DNA of 32,126 nt. It comes from Nemertoderma westbladi. Taxonomy: Eukaryota; Animalia; Xenacoelomorpha. How positions within the stretch are numbered: the stretch's first letter is position 1; each line of letters starts with the position of its first letter. The DNA lies in contig JAUCBJ010002676.1 in the NCBI GenBank assembly GCA_032718475.1, positions 1 through 32,126 of the forward strand, read 5' to 3'. A program made the translations under genes and the position numbers. Below, piece after piece: positions 11,391-24,620 of the stretch. Below the pieces are notes generated by a model, which saw only the letters and a program-made list of their open reading frames with translations, was not told the origin of the DNA and did not search any database.

Positions 11391-13211
11391 GTCGAAGATA
11401 ATTGGAATCGCTAAAATCGAGGAAGCAATATAGGCCTAGTAAAATACTGTTCACATATATTTTTCATTGTATTCTCGACTATTTATTAATAGTTTAAAAA
11501 GTACTAGGCCTACTTTTTTTTCACGGTAATAATAACTTTTTTAATTTCGAAACAAAAATTGTCTGTTATCAAAAGAAACTTCCTACTTTTGTTGTGATGA
11601 TTTCGATTTGCCATTTACAAAATTCTAAACTGTTTTCGATTTCAACCAAGCTTTCAATTGAATAATAAACATTATTTAGTTCGCTTTAGCCTCAGCTATT
11701 TTTAGTTGAATGTACAGTACAGTACAGTAGTACTAAATTAGTTATTCTACAGTATGCAGGGTGAAAACACAGAAAAGTTGCCAAATTGGAGACATTTTAG
11801 GATTTAATTAAGTTTCTCAAAACCCAACATATGATATACAGTATATTCTGAAAGCTCAGAGTCTGTAGAATTCAGTGAGAGTTAAATATGAGACTTAAAT
11901 ATGACCTGGAAAAAAATACACTGCTTGTCCCTTCCTTTCCACTGCCTGTAACCATTGGATACAGGCGTGGGACAATTGTCCCTCTGTAACCTTCCATGTA
12001 AATGTAACAGGCGGTTACTAGGTGGGGCGGGGGGCGTTTTATGGTATGCATTGGTTTAGACAGGCGATGGCATTATAGGAGGGTACGTGTATTATACCAT
12101 TAGAAAGCTTGCCTGGCGGGTGATCTAAATATGACCATGGTTCCTAGTTCATATATATAAAATGACCCTAGTTCAAACAAATTTCCATTTTGCAGTTCTG
12201 CGTTTGCATAGCCTGATTACAGGGAAGGACATTTTATGGTCGGACACACAGGTTTGGAGATATTTATCAACCTTTAACTTCAAAGCTATTAAAAATGAAT
12301 TTGATTTCTGTGATTTCAAATATAATTAATTCGAACATGTAAAAAAAGTAAAGGGGGTTTTACCTATTTAGAGGTGTTTGCATTGTGCTTTCTTACACCA
12401 TATTTAACTAACGTATTGTAGTGGTACTTATCTACTGTATATGGATTTTTGTGTTGACAATCATCTGATTTATGTCTTGTTCTGCACTTCTTTGTTTTAA
12501 ACATTAAATAAAACTTTTAACATGGCTCCAAACGCCACCATAAATATAAACTAACTTTTTTATAACATAATTTATGTCATTTTTACACTCATTTATACAG
12601 CAACTAATTTAATTTGTGCAATTTCAAGTACTTATAATATATATACAATTTTTTCGTAATGTTACAATTTTGGAATAAAACTACATACATTTGTTGTAAA
12701 GTACTTTATTTACTTTTACTTTGTAAAGTGCTTTATTTTCACTCACTCACTACGTTCGGTCGTGTATCAAAAACTCTCAGATCAAAAACACTGTAAAGTG
12801 CTACTTTATACACAAGTATGTAAATAGTTATTTCTACGATGTTAAAGATTACAGTATGAACTTAGTTTGAAATTTGAATGTGTTAAAAAAGCTAAAGATA
12901 AATTGTGTTTTGGAAATTAAAGCAAAAAATAGTGTTCGTGACGTTGAAATAGAAATTCAATGAGTTTCCTTTTGAAGGTGGGTGCGGGAAAGTGGTAGGC
13001 AGGCGTACCTGTATTCGATACCACTGTTGTACTAACACTACCCAAACCCAACCCATACCCAGCTCTGCAGCTACCTGGCTACCGGTAACCTACTGACCTG
13101 GACCTAACCGTATCCCTGTATCCTGATATCAACATATCCAGATATCAGCATATAGCTGTATAGATACCGGTACTGTAACCCTGTAACCGTAACAAACTGC
13201 AGAACTGACAA

Positions 13212-13412
13212 ATGGCTCGACAACCGCCCTTACCACCAGCTATTGACTACGACAATGGCGAACGCGGTGTCTGGGACTCAGACTTCGACGACGATGAGGG
13301 CACATTCTACATGCCGAGCGAGGAGAGCGAGATCGGTTGCACCCCTCCCGTAACGAGACTAATAGAGGAGGACACATACGAGGTTCCTCACGATGTCCCC
13401 ATATCCATTCAG
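13212..13412 (+). CDS. BLNK-like: BLNK/SLP-76-family SH2 adaptor, coding exon 1 (acidic region with Tyr motifs)
   Basis: ATG at 13212 is preceded by an in-frame TGA (13206). Encodes WDSDFDDDEGTFYMP...EEDTYEVP. Donor CAG|GTTAGT at 13412/13413; 201 nt, phase 0. Confidence 0.8.
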
Positions 13413-14065
13413 GTTAGTTGGGCCTGTCAGCCTGTTGCAGCCGTGCCTCTGCCCTACCTGTATACATACAGGTATATCTGTGTTGTAGGCCTATACAGCT
13501 ATACAGCTATAGGCCTATGCTGATATGTCTGCCAGATTGAAATTTATGTTTGCTCAACATGTTTGGCGCGCATTGTAGATCCTGGCGCGCATATGGACAG
13601 ACAGTTTGGTGTGAATTTTTATAGTTTAGTGCGAATATTGGTAAAGGTTGAATACCCCTATATCCCGATCGGGATATGTAAATATCCCGATCCTGCGATC
13701 GGGATATATCAGTATATTCATATATCCCGATCGGGATAGGGAATCCTACTGTACTGACAGATGGATGTCATGTAACAGTAGTAGTAATAGTAGCTGCATT
13801 GCAGCTGCATTTTTAAGAATGCTGTGCCGTCTTATCGTCAAAATTGCGCCGCCGCAACTCCCTATCACCCATGACATTTGCTAGATCATCCGCATCTAAG
13901 GCCAGTGTCCTTTAGGAGGTGTCTCAAGAAAGTCATGGGCTGTCCACCATGCTTATTCACTCCATGAGGCTGCCAAAGCACAAGATTATGCACTGGCTGG
14001 TCCTCACGGCGAAAGCACATACACTAGGGTATATATAGGTTGATATAATTATTAATTATTCGCAG

Positions 14066-14547
14066 ACTTTCATCAAAGATGTTTCCAACCAACGGCTCCA
14101 GAAGAAGAACCTCCCGGGCGACCTCCCTCAGGAAGAGACCAGGACAACGCCACCTGGCTACGGCTTCGATACCAAACCCGCCGCAGGGGGGCGTCTCTCT
14201 ATAATGGAACGGAAGAAACTGTTGGAAGCCAACAGCGGTACGGGATCCTTCGAGAAACGGCCTAGTAAGCCGCCCAAACCGTTCAACCAGAAGCTCTCCT
14301 CCACCCCGGTAGCCAATCAACGGGCTGCATTCCAACGCGACCAGGAGCCGCGGCGGGATTCCACGCCTACTCTGCCGCAACCTCAAACCCTCGGGGCCGC
14401 ACGCAAGATGTCTGTGCCGGTGGCGTTACCAGGACGCCCAGGCAGCGCGCGACATCTATCGTCCAGACCCCAGCAATCCGGTGGTCTACTCGCCAACCTT
14501 CCAATCGGTCATACTAGAGGGGGGCAGCAGCCCGAAGATTCCCATTG
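14066..14547 (+). CDS. BLNK-like: BLNK/SLP-76-family adaptor, coding exon 2 (Pro-rich)
   Basis: Acceptor ttattcgcag| at 14065, in frame with ORF 14204 (TFIKDVSNQR...KRPSKPPKP...EDSH). Donor TG|GTTAGT at 14547/14548; 482 nt, phase 2. Confidence 0.8.
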
Positions 14548-17500
14548 GTTAGTTAAAGTCATGATTCTTATTGGTTAGTGAAAGGCGTTGATTCTTATTG
14601 GTTAGTGAAAGGCGTTGTTTCTTATTGGTTAGTGAAAGGCGTTGATTCTTATTGGTTAGTGAAAGGCGTTGATTCTTATTGGTTAGTGAAAGGCGTTGAT
14701 TCTTATTGGTTAGAGAAAGGCGTTGATTCGTATTGGTTAGTGAAAGGCGTTGTTTCTTATTGGTTAGTGAAAGGCGTTGTTTCTTATTGGTTAGAGAAAG
14801 GCGTTGATTCTTATTGGTTAGTGAAAGGCGTTGTTTCTTATTGGTTAGTGAAAGGCGTTGTTTCTTATTGGTTAGAGAAAGGCGTTGATTCTTATTGGTT
14901 AGTGAAAGGCGTTGATTCTTATTGGTTAGAGAAAGGCGTTGATTCGTATTGGTTAGTGAAAGGCGTTGATTCTTATTGGTTAGTGAAAGGCGTTGATTCT
15001 TATTGGTTAGTGAAAGGCGTTGATTCTTATTGGTTAGTGAAAGGCGTTGATTCTTATTGGTTAGTGAAAGGCGTTGATTCTTATTGGTTAGTGAAAGGCG
15101 TTGATTGTTATTGGTTAGTGAAAGGCGTTGATTCTTATTGGTTAGTGAAAGGCGTTGATTCTTATTGGTTAGTGAAAGGCGTTGATTCTTATTGGTTAGT
15201 GAAAGGCGTTGATTCTTATTGGTTAGTGAAAGGCGTTGATTCTTATTGGTTAGTGAAAGGCGTTGATTCTTATTGGTTAGTGAAAGGCGTTGTTTCTTAT
15301 TGGTTAGTGAAAGGCGTTGATTCTTATTGGTTAGTGAAAGGCGTTGATTCTTATTGGTTAGTGAAAGGCGTTGATTCTTATTGGTTAGTGAAAGGCGTTG
15401 ATTCTTATTGGTTAGTGAAAGGCGTTGATTCTTATTGGTTAGTGAAAGGCGTTGATTCTTATTGGTTAGTGAAAGGCGTTGATTCTTATTGGTTAGAGAA
15501 AGGCGTTGATTCTTATTGGTTAGTGAAAGGCGTTGATTCTTATTGGTTAGTGAAAGGCGTTGATTCTTATTGGTTAGTGAAAGGCGTTGATTCTTATTGG
15601 TTAGTGAAAGGCGTTGATTCTTATTGGTTAGTGAAAGGCGTTGATTCTTATTGGTTAGTGAAAGGCGTTGATTCTTATTGGTTAGTGAAAGGCGTTGATT
15701 CTTATTGGTTAGTGAAACGCGTTGATTCTTATTGGTTAGTGAAAGGCGTTGATTCTTATTGGTTAGAGAAAGGCGTTGATTCTTATTGGTTAGTGAAAGG
15801 CGTTGATTCTTATTGGTTAGTGAAAAGCGTTGATTCTTATTGGTTAGTGAAAGGCGTTGATTCTTATTGCTTAGTGAAAGGCGTTGATTCTTATTGGTTA
15901 GTGAAAGGCGTTGATTCTTATTGGTTAGTGAAAGGCGTTGATTCTTATTGGTTAGTGAAAGGCGTTGATTCTTATTGGTTAGTGAAACGCGTTGATTCTT
16001 ATTGGTTAGTGAAAGGCGTTGTTTCTTATTGGTTAGTGAAACGCGTTGATTCTTATTGGTTAGTGAAAGGCGTTGATTCTTATTGGTTAGTGAAAGGCGT
16101 TGATTCTTATTGGTTAGTGAAAGGCGTTGATTCTTATTGGTTAGTGAAAGGCGTTGATTCTTATTGGTTAGTGAAAGGCGTTGATTCTTATTGGTTAGTG
16201 AAAGGCGTTGATTCTTATTGGTTAGAGAAAGGCATTGATTCTTATTGGTTAGTGAAAGGCGTTGATTCTTATTGGTTAGTGAAAGGCGTTGATTCTTATT
16301 GGTTAGTGAAAGGCGTTGATTCTTATTGGTTAGTTAGTGAAAGGCGTTGATTCTTATTGGTTAGTTAGTGAAAGGCGTTGATTCTTATTGGTTAGTGAAA
16401 GGCGTTGATTCTTATTGGTTAGAGAAAGGCGTTGATTCTTATTGGTTAGTGAAAGGCGTTGATTCTTATTGGTTAGAGAAAGGCGTTGATTCTTATTGGT
16501 TAGTGAAAGGCGTTGATTCTTATTGGTTAGTGAAAGGCGTTGATTCTTATTGGTTAGTGAAAGGCGTTGATTCTTATTGGTTAGTGAAAGGCGTTGATTC
16601 TTATTGGTTAGAGAAAGGCGTTGTTTCTTATTGGTTAGTGAAAGGCGTTGATTCTTATTGGTTGGTGAAACGCGTTGATTCTTATTGGTTAGTGAAAGGC
16701 GTTGATTCTTATTGGTTAGAGAAAGGCGTTGATTCTTATTGGTTAGTGAAAGGCGTTGATTCTTATTGGTTAGTGAAAGGCGTTGATTCTTATTGGTTAG
16801 TGAAACGCGTTGATTCTTATTGGTTAGTGAAAGGCGTTGATTCTTATTGGTTAGAGAAAGGCGTTGATTCTTATTGGTTAGTGAAAGGCGTTGATTCTTA
16901 TTGGTTAGTGAAAGGCGTTGATTCTTATTGGTTAGAGAAAGGCGTTGATTCTTATTGGTTAGTGAAAGGCGTTGATTCTTATTGGTTAGTGAAAGGCGTG
17001 GATTCTTATTGGTTAGTGAAAGGCGTTGATTCTTATTGGTTAGTGAAAGGCGTTGATTCTTATTGGTTAGTTAGTGAAAGGCGTTGATTCTTATTGGTTA
17101 GTTAGTGAAAGGCGTTGATTCTTATTGGTTAGTGAAAGGCGTTGATTCTTATTGGTTAGAGAAAGGCGTTGATTCTTATTGGTTAGTGAAAGGCGTTGAT
17201 TCTTATTGGTTAGAGAAAGGCGTTGATTCTTATTGGTTAGTGAAAGGCGTTGATTCTTATTGGTTAGTGAAAGGCGTTGATTCTTATTGGTTAGTGAAAG
17301 GCGTTGATTCTTATTGGTTAGTGAAAGGCGTTGATTCTTATTGGTTAGTGAAAGGCGTTGATTCTTATTGGTTAGTGAAAGGCGTTGATTCTTATTGGTT
17401 AGTGAAAGGCGTTGATTCTTATTGGTTAGTGAAAGGCGTTGATTCTTATTGGTTAGTGAAAGGCGTTGATTCTTATTGGTTAGTGAAAGGCGTTGATTCT

Positions 17501-20500
17501 TATTGGTTAGTGAAAGGCGTTGATTCTTATTGGTTAGTGAAAGGCGTTGATTCTTATTGGTTAGTGAAAGGCGTTGATTCTTATTGGTTAGTGAAAGGCG
17601 TTGATTCTTATTGGTTAGTGAAAGGCGTTGATTCTTATTGGTTAGTGAAAGGCGTTGATTCTTATTGGTTAGTGAAAGGCGTTGTTTCTTATTGGTTAGT
17701 GAAAGGCGTTGATTCTTATTGGTTAGTGAAAGGCGTTGATTCTTATTGGTTAGTGAAAGGCGTTGATTCTTATTGGTTAGTGAAAGGCGTTGATTCTTAT
17801 TGGTTAGTGAAAGGCGTTGATTCTTATTGGTTAGTGAAAGGCGTTGATTCTTATTGGTTAGTGAAAGGCGTTGATTCTTATTGGTTAGAGAAAGGCGTTG
17901 ATTCTTATTGGTTAGTGAAAGGCGTTGATTCTTATTGGTTAGTGAAAGGCGTTGATTCTTATTGGTTAGTGAAAGGCGTTGATTCTTATTGGTTAGTGAA
18001 AGGCGTTGATTCTTATTGGTTAGTGAAAGGCGTTGATTCTTATTGGTTAGTGAAAGGCGTTGATTCTTATTGGTTAGTGAAAGGCGTTAATTCTTATTGG
18101 TTAGTGAAACGCGTTGATTCTTATTGGTTAGTGAAAGGCGTTGATTCTTATTGGTTAGAGAAAGGCGTTGATTCTTATTGGTTAGTGAAAGGCGTTGATT
18201 CTTATTGGTTAGTGAAAGGCGTTGATTCTTATTGGTTAGTGAAAGGCGTTGATTCTTATTGCTTAGTGAAAGGCGTTGATTCTTATTGGTTAGTGAAAGG
18301 CGTTGATTCTTATTGGTTAGTGAAAGGCGTTGATTCTTATTGGTTAGTGAAAGGCGTTGATTCTTATTGGTTAGTGAAACGCGTTGATTCTTATTGGTTA
18401 GTGAAAGGCGTTGTTTCTTATTGGTTAGTGAAACGCGTTGATTCTTATTGGTTAGTGAAAGGCGTTGATTCTTATTGGTTAGTGAAAGGCGTTGATTCTT
18501 ATTGGTTAGTGAAAGGCGTTGATTCTTATTGGTTAGTGAAAGGCGTTGATTCTTATTGGTTAGTGAAAGGCGTTGATTCTTATTGGTTAGTGAAAGGCGT
18601 TGATTCTTATTGGTTAGAGAAAGGCATTGATTCTTATTGGTTAGTGAAAGGCGTTGATTCTTATTGGTTAGTGAAAGGCGTTGATTCTTATTGGTTAGTG
18701 AAAGGCGTTGATTCTTATTGGTTAGTGAAAGGCGTTGATTCTTATTGGTTAGTTAGTGAAAGGCGTTGATTCTTATTGGTTAGTTAGTGAAAGGCGTTGA
18801 TTCTTATTGGTTAGTGAAAGGCGTTGATTCTTATTGGTTAGAGAAAGGCGTTGATTCTTATTGGTTAGTGAAAGGCGTTGATTCTTATTGGTTAGAGAAA
18901 GGCGTTGATTCTTATTGGTTAGTGAAAGGCGTTGATTCTTATTGGTTAGTGAAAGGCGTTGATTCTTATTGGTTAGTGAAAGGCGTTGATTCTTATTGGT
19001 TAGTGAAAGGCGTTGATTCTTATTGGTTAGAGAAAGGCGTTGTTTCTTATTGGTTAGTGAAAGGCGTTGATTCTTATTGGTTGGTGAAACGCGTTGATTC
19101 TTATTGGTTAGTGAAAGGCGTTGATTCTTATTGGTTAGAGAAAGGCGTTGATTCTTATTGGTTAGTGAAAGGCGTTGATTCTTATTGGTTAGTGAAAGGC
19201 GTTGATTCTTATTGGTTAGTGAAACGCGTTGATTCTTATTGGTTAGTGAAAGGCGTTGATTCTTATTGGTTAGAGAAAGGCGTTGATTCTTATTGGTTAG
19301 TGAAAGGCGTTGATTCTTATTGGTTAGTGAAAGGCGTTGATTCTTATTGGTTAGAGAAAGGCGTTGATTCTTATTGGTTAGTGAAAGGCGTTGATTCTTA
19401 TTGGTTAGTGAAAGGCGTTGATTCTTATTGGTTAGTGAAAGGCGTTGATTCTTATTGGTTAGTGAAAGGCGTTGATTCTTATTGGTTAGTTAGTGAAAGG
19501 CGTTGATTCTTATTGGTTAGTTAGTGAAAGGCGTTGATTCTTATTGGTTAGTGAAAGGCGTTGATTCTTATTGGTTAGAGAAAGGCGTTGATTCTTATTG
19601 GTTAGTGAAAGGCGTTGATTCTTATTGGTTAGAGAAAGGCGTTGATTCTTATTGGTTAGTGAAAGGCGTTGATTCTTATTGGTTAGTGAAAGGCGTTGAT
19701 TCTTATTGGTTAGTGAAAGGCGTTGATTCTTATTGGTTAGTGAAAGGCGTTGATTCTTATTGGTTAGAGAAAGGCGTTGTTTCTTATTGGTTAGTGAAAG
19801 GCGTTGATTCTTATTGGTTAGTGAAAGGCGTTGTTTCTTATTGGTTAGTGAAAGGCGTTGTTTCTTATTGGTTAGTGAAAGGCGTTGATTCTTATTGGTT
19901 AGTGAAAGGCGTTGATTCTTATTGGTTAGTGAAAGGCGTTGATTCTTATTGGTTAGTGAAAGGCGTTGATTCTTATTGGTTAGTGAAACGCGTTGATTCT
20001 TATTGGTTAGTGAAAGCTGAAAGGCGTTGATTCTTATTGGTTAGTGAAAGGCGTTGTTTCTTATTGGTTAGTGAAAGCTGAAAGGCGTTGATTCTTATTG
20101 GTTAGTGAAAGGCGTTGATTCTTATTGGTTAGTGAAAGGCGTTGATTCTTATTGGTTAGTGAAAGGCGTTGATTCTTTTTGGTTAGTGAAACGCGTTGAT
20201 TCTTATTGGTTAGTGAAAGCTGAAAGGCGTTGATTCTTATTGGTTAGTGAAAGGCGTTGATTCTTATTGGTTAGTGAAATGCGTTGATTCTTATTGGTTA
20301 GTGAAAGGCGTTGATTCTTATTGGTTAGTGAAAGGCGTTGATTCTTATTGGTTAGTGAAAGGCGTTGATTCTTATTGGTTAGTGAAAGGCGTTGATTCTT
20401 ATTGGTTAGTGAAAGGCGTTGATTCTTATTGGTTAGTGAAAGGCGTTGATTCTTATTGGTTAGTGAAACGCGTTGATTCTTATTGGTTAGTGAAAGCTGA

Positions 20501-23500
20501 AAGGCGTTGATTCTTATTGGTTAGTGAAAGGCGTTGTTTCTTATTGGTTAGTGAAAGGCGTTGATTCTTATTGGTTAGTGAAACGCGTTGATTCTTATTG
20601 GTTAGTGAAAGCTGAAAGGCGTTGATTCTTATTGGTTAGTGAAAGGCGTTGATTCTTATTGGTTAGTGAAAGGCGTTGATTCTTATTGGTTAGAGAAAGG
20701 CGTTGATTCTTATTGGTTAGTGAAACGCGTTGATTCTTATTGGTTAGTGAAAGGCGTTGATTCTTATTGGTTAGTGAAAGGCGTTGATTCTTATTGGTTA
20801 GTGAAAGGCGTTGATTCTTATTGGTTAGTGAAACGCGTTGATTCTTATTGGTTAGTGAAACGCGTTGATTCTTATTGGTTAGTGAAAGCTGAAAGGCGTT
20901 GATTCTTATTGGTTAGTGAAAGGCGTTGATTCTTATTGGTTAGTGAAACGCGTTGATTCTTATTGGTTAGTGAAAGCTGAAAGGCGTTGATTCTTATTGG
21001 TTAGTGAAAGGCGTTGATTCTTATTGGTTAGTGAAAGGCGTTGATTCTTATTGGTTAGAGAAAGGCGTTGATTCTTATTGGTTAGTGAAAGCTGAAAGGC
21101 GTTGATTCTTATTGGTTAGTGAAAGGCGTTGATTCTTATTGGTTATTGAAAGGCGTTGATTCTTATTGGTTAGAGAAAGGCGTTGATTCTTATTGGTTAG
21201 TGAAAGGCGTTGATTCTTATTGGTTAGTGAAAGGCGTTGATTCTTATTGGTTAGTGAAACGCGTTGATTCTTATTGGTTAGTGAAAGCTGAAAGGCGTTG
21301 ATTCTTATTGGTTAGTGAAAGGCGTTGATTCTTATTGGTTAGTGAAAGGCGTTGATTCTTATTGGTTAGTGAAAGGCGTTGATTCTTATTGGTTAGTGAA
21401 AGGCGTTGATTCTTATTGGTTAGTGAAAGGCGTTGATTCTTTTGGTTAGTGAAACGCGTTGATTCTTATTGGTTAGTGAAAGCTGAAAGGCGTTGATTCT
21501 TATTGGTTAGTGAAAGGCGTTGTTTCTTATTGGTTAGTGAAAGGCGTTGATTCTTATTGGTTAGTGAAACGCGTTGATTCTTATTGGTTAGTGAAAGCTG
21601 AAAGGCGTTGATTCTTATTGGTTAGTGAAAGGCGTTGATTCTTATTGGTTAGTGAAAGGCGTTGATTCTTATTGGTTAGAGAAAGGCGTTGATTCTTATT
21701 GGTTTGTGAAAGGCGTTGATTCTTATTGGTTAGTGAAAGGCGTTGATTCTTATTGGTTAGTGAAAGGCGTTGATTCTTATTGGTTAGTGAAAGGCGTTGA
21801 TTCTTATTGGTTAGTGAAAGGCGTTGATTCTTATTGGTTAGTGAAACGGCGTTGATTCTTATTGGTTAGTGAAAGGCGTTGATTCTTATTGGTTAGTGAA
21901 AGGCGTTGATTCTTATTGGTTAGTGAAAGGCGTTGATTCTTATTGGTTAGTGAAAGGCGTTGATTCTTATTGGTTAGTGAAAGGCGTTGATTCTTATTGG
22001 TTAGTGAAAGGCGTTGATTCTTATTGGTTAGTGAAAGGCGTTGATTCTTATTGGTTAGTGAAAGGCGTTGATTCTTATTGGTTAGTGAAAGGCGTTGAAT
22101 CTTATTGGTTAGTGAAAGGCGTTGATTCTTATTGGTTAGTGAAAGGCGTTGATTCTTATTGGTTACCCCTAGTGAAAGGCGTTGAATCTTATTGGTTAGT
22201 GAAAGGCGTTGATTGTTATTGGTTAGTGAAAGGCGTTGATTCTTATTGGTTAGTGAAAGGCGTTGATTCTTATTGGTTAGTGAAAGGCGTTGATTCTTAT
22301 TGGTTAGTGAAAGGCGTTGATTCTTATTGGTTAGTGAAAGGCGTTGTTTCTTATTGGTTAGAGAAAGGCGTTGATTCTTATTGGTTAGTGAAAGGCGTTG
22401 TTTCTTATTGGTTAGAGAAAGGCGTTGATTCTTATTGGTTAGTGAAAGGCGTTGATTCTTATTGGTTAGTGAAAGGCGTTGTTTCTTATTGGTTAGAGAA
22501 AGGCGTTGATTCTTATTGGTTAGTGAAAGGCGTTGATTCTTATTGGTTAGTGAAAGGCGTTGTTTCTTATTGGTTAGAGAAAGGCGTTGATTGTGAAAGG
22601 CGTTGTTTCTTATTGGTTAGAGAAAGGCGTTGATTCTTATTGGTTAGTGAAAGGCGTTGATTCTTATTGGTTAGTGAAAGGCGTTGATTCTTATTGGTTA
22701 GTGAAAGGCGTTGATTCTTATTTGTTAGTGAAAGGCGTTGATTCTTATTGGTTAGTGAAAGGCGTTGATTCTTATTGGTTAGTTAGTGAAAGGCGTTGAT
22801 TCTTATTGGTTAGTGAAAGGCGTTGATTCTTATTGGTTAGTGAAAGGCGTTGTTTCTTATTGGTTAGAGAAAGGCGTTGATTCTTATTGGTTAGTGAAAG
22901 GCGTTGATTCTTATTGGTTAGTGAAAGGCGTTGATTCTTATTGGTTAGTGAAAGGCGTTGTTTCTTATTGGTTAGAGAAAGGCGTTGATTCTTATTGGTT
23001 AGTGAAAGGCGTTGATTCTTATTGGTTAGTGAAAGGCGTTGATTCTTATTGGTTAGTGAAAGGCGTTGATTCTTATTGGTTAGTGAAAGGCGTTGTTTCT
23101 TATTGGTTAGAGAAAGGCGTTGATTCTTATTGGTTAGTGAAAGGCGTTGATTCTTATTGGTTAGTGAAAGGCGTTGATTCTTATTGGTTAGTGAAAGGCG
23201 TTGATTCTTATTGGTTAGTGAAAGGCGTTGTTTCTTATTGGTTAGAGAAAGGCGTTGATTCTTATTGGTTAGTGAAAGGCGTTGTTTCTTATTGGTTAGA
23301 GAAAGGCGTTGATTCTTATTGGTTAGTGAAAGGCGTTGATTCTTATTGGTTAGTGAAAGGCGTTGTTTCTTATTGGTTAGAGAAAGGCGTTGATTCTTAT
23401 TGGTTAGTGAAAGGCGTTGATTCTTATTGGTTAGTGAAAGGCGTTGATTCTTATTGGTTAGTGAAAGGCGTTGATTCTTATTGGTTAGTGAAAGGCGTTG

Positions 23501-24620
23501 ATTCTTATTGGTTAGTGAAAGGCGTTGATTCTTATTGGTTAGTGAAAGGCGTTGATTCTTATTGGTTAGTGAAAGGCGTTGATTCTTATTGGTTAGTGAA
23601 AGGCGTTGATTCTTATTGGTTAGTGAAAGGCGTTGATTCTTATTGGTTAGAGAAAGGCGTTGATTCTTATTGGTTAGTGAAAGGCGTTGATTCTTATTGG
23701 TTAGTGAAAGGCGTTGATTCTTATTGGTTAGTGAAAGGCGTTGTTTCTTATTGGTTAGAGAAAGGCGTTGATTCTTATTGGTTAGTGAAAGGCGTTGATT
23801 CTTATTGGTTAGTGAAAGGCGTTGTTTCTTATTGGTTAGAGAAAGGCGTTGATTCTTATTGGTTAGTGAAAGGCGTTGATTCTTATTGGTTAGTGAAAGG
23901 CGTTGTTTCTTATTGGTTAGAGAAAGGCGTTGATTCTTATTGGTTAGTGAAAGGCGTTGATTCTTATTGGTTAGTGAAAGGCGTTGATTCTTATTGGTTA
24001 GTGAAAGGCGTTGTTTCTTATTGGTTAGAGAAAGGCGTTGATTCTTATTGGTTAGTGAAAGGCGTTGATTCTTATTGGTTAGTGAAAGGCGTTGATTCTT
24101 ATTGGTTAGTGAAAGGCGTTGATTCTTATTGGTTAGTGAAAGGCGTTGATTCTTATTGGTTAGTTAGTGAAAGGCGTTGATTCTTATTGGTTAGTGAAAG
24201 GCGTTGATTCTTATTGGTTAGTGAAAGGCGTTGATTCTTATTGGTTAGTGCAAGGCGTTGATTCTTATTGGTTAGTGAAAGGCGTTGATTCTTATTGGTT
24301 AGTGAAAGGCGTTGATTCTTATTGGTTAGTGCAAGGCGTTGATTCTTATTGGTTAGAGAAAGGCGTTGATTCTTATTGGTTAGAGAAAGGCGTTGATTCT
24401 TATTGGTTAGTGAAAGGCGTTGATTCTTATTGGTTAGTGCAAGGCGTTGATTCTTATTGGTTAGTGAAAGGCGTTGATTCTTATTGGTTAGTGAAAGGCG
24501 TTGATTCTTATTGGTTAGAGAAAGGCGTTGATTCTTATTGGTTAGAGAAAGGCGTTGATTCTTATTGGTTAGTGCAAGGCGTTGATTCTTATTGGTTAGA
24601 GAAAAGCGTTGATTCTTATT
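14537..24620. repeat. About 10.1-kb minisatellite, ~370 copies of 27-bp GATTCTTATTGGTTAGTGAAAGGCGTT, filling intron 2
   Basis: Directly visible. Variants include gag for gtg, gtttct for gattct, cgc for ggc, +4 (ttag), +7 (gctgaaa) and gtgcaa. Copy number is estimated as length/27. Confidence 0.98.

Noticed and set aside
11750-12400. Possible DNA-transposon remnant (gaaagctcagagtc..., accattagaaagc)
   Set aside because: The motifs look repeat-like, but no termini or TSD could be defined.
13413-13523. C-terminal part of ORF 13212..13523 and the N-terminal residues of ORF 25627
   Set aside because: Intronic read-through beyond phase-compatible splice sites.
14578-24180. Long KGVDSYWLV-repeat ORFs as independent protein genes
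   Set aside because: They arise from a 27-bp stop-free unit, start at GTG/TTG rather than ATG, are broken by +4, +7 and other indels, show almost no synonymous variation, and lie within a predicted intron.
14537-24620. CRISPR array or telomeric repeat
   Set aside because: Units are head-to-tail with no unique spacers, there are no cas genes, and the context is eukaryotic. GGTTAG occurs once per unit, not as tandem TTAGG(G).
14548-24620. Recursive splicing through the array
   Set aside because: Units contain TTAG but not AG|GT ratchet points or a real polypyrimidine tract.
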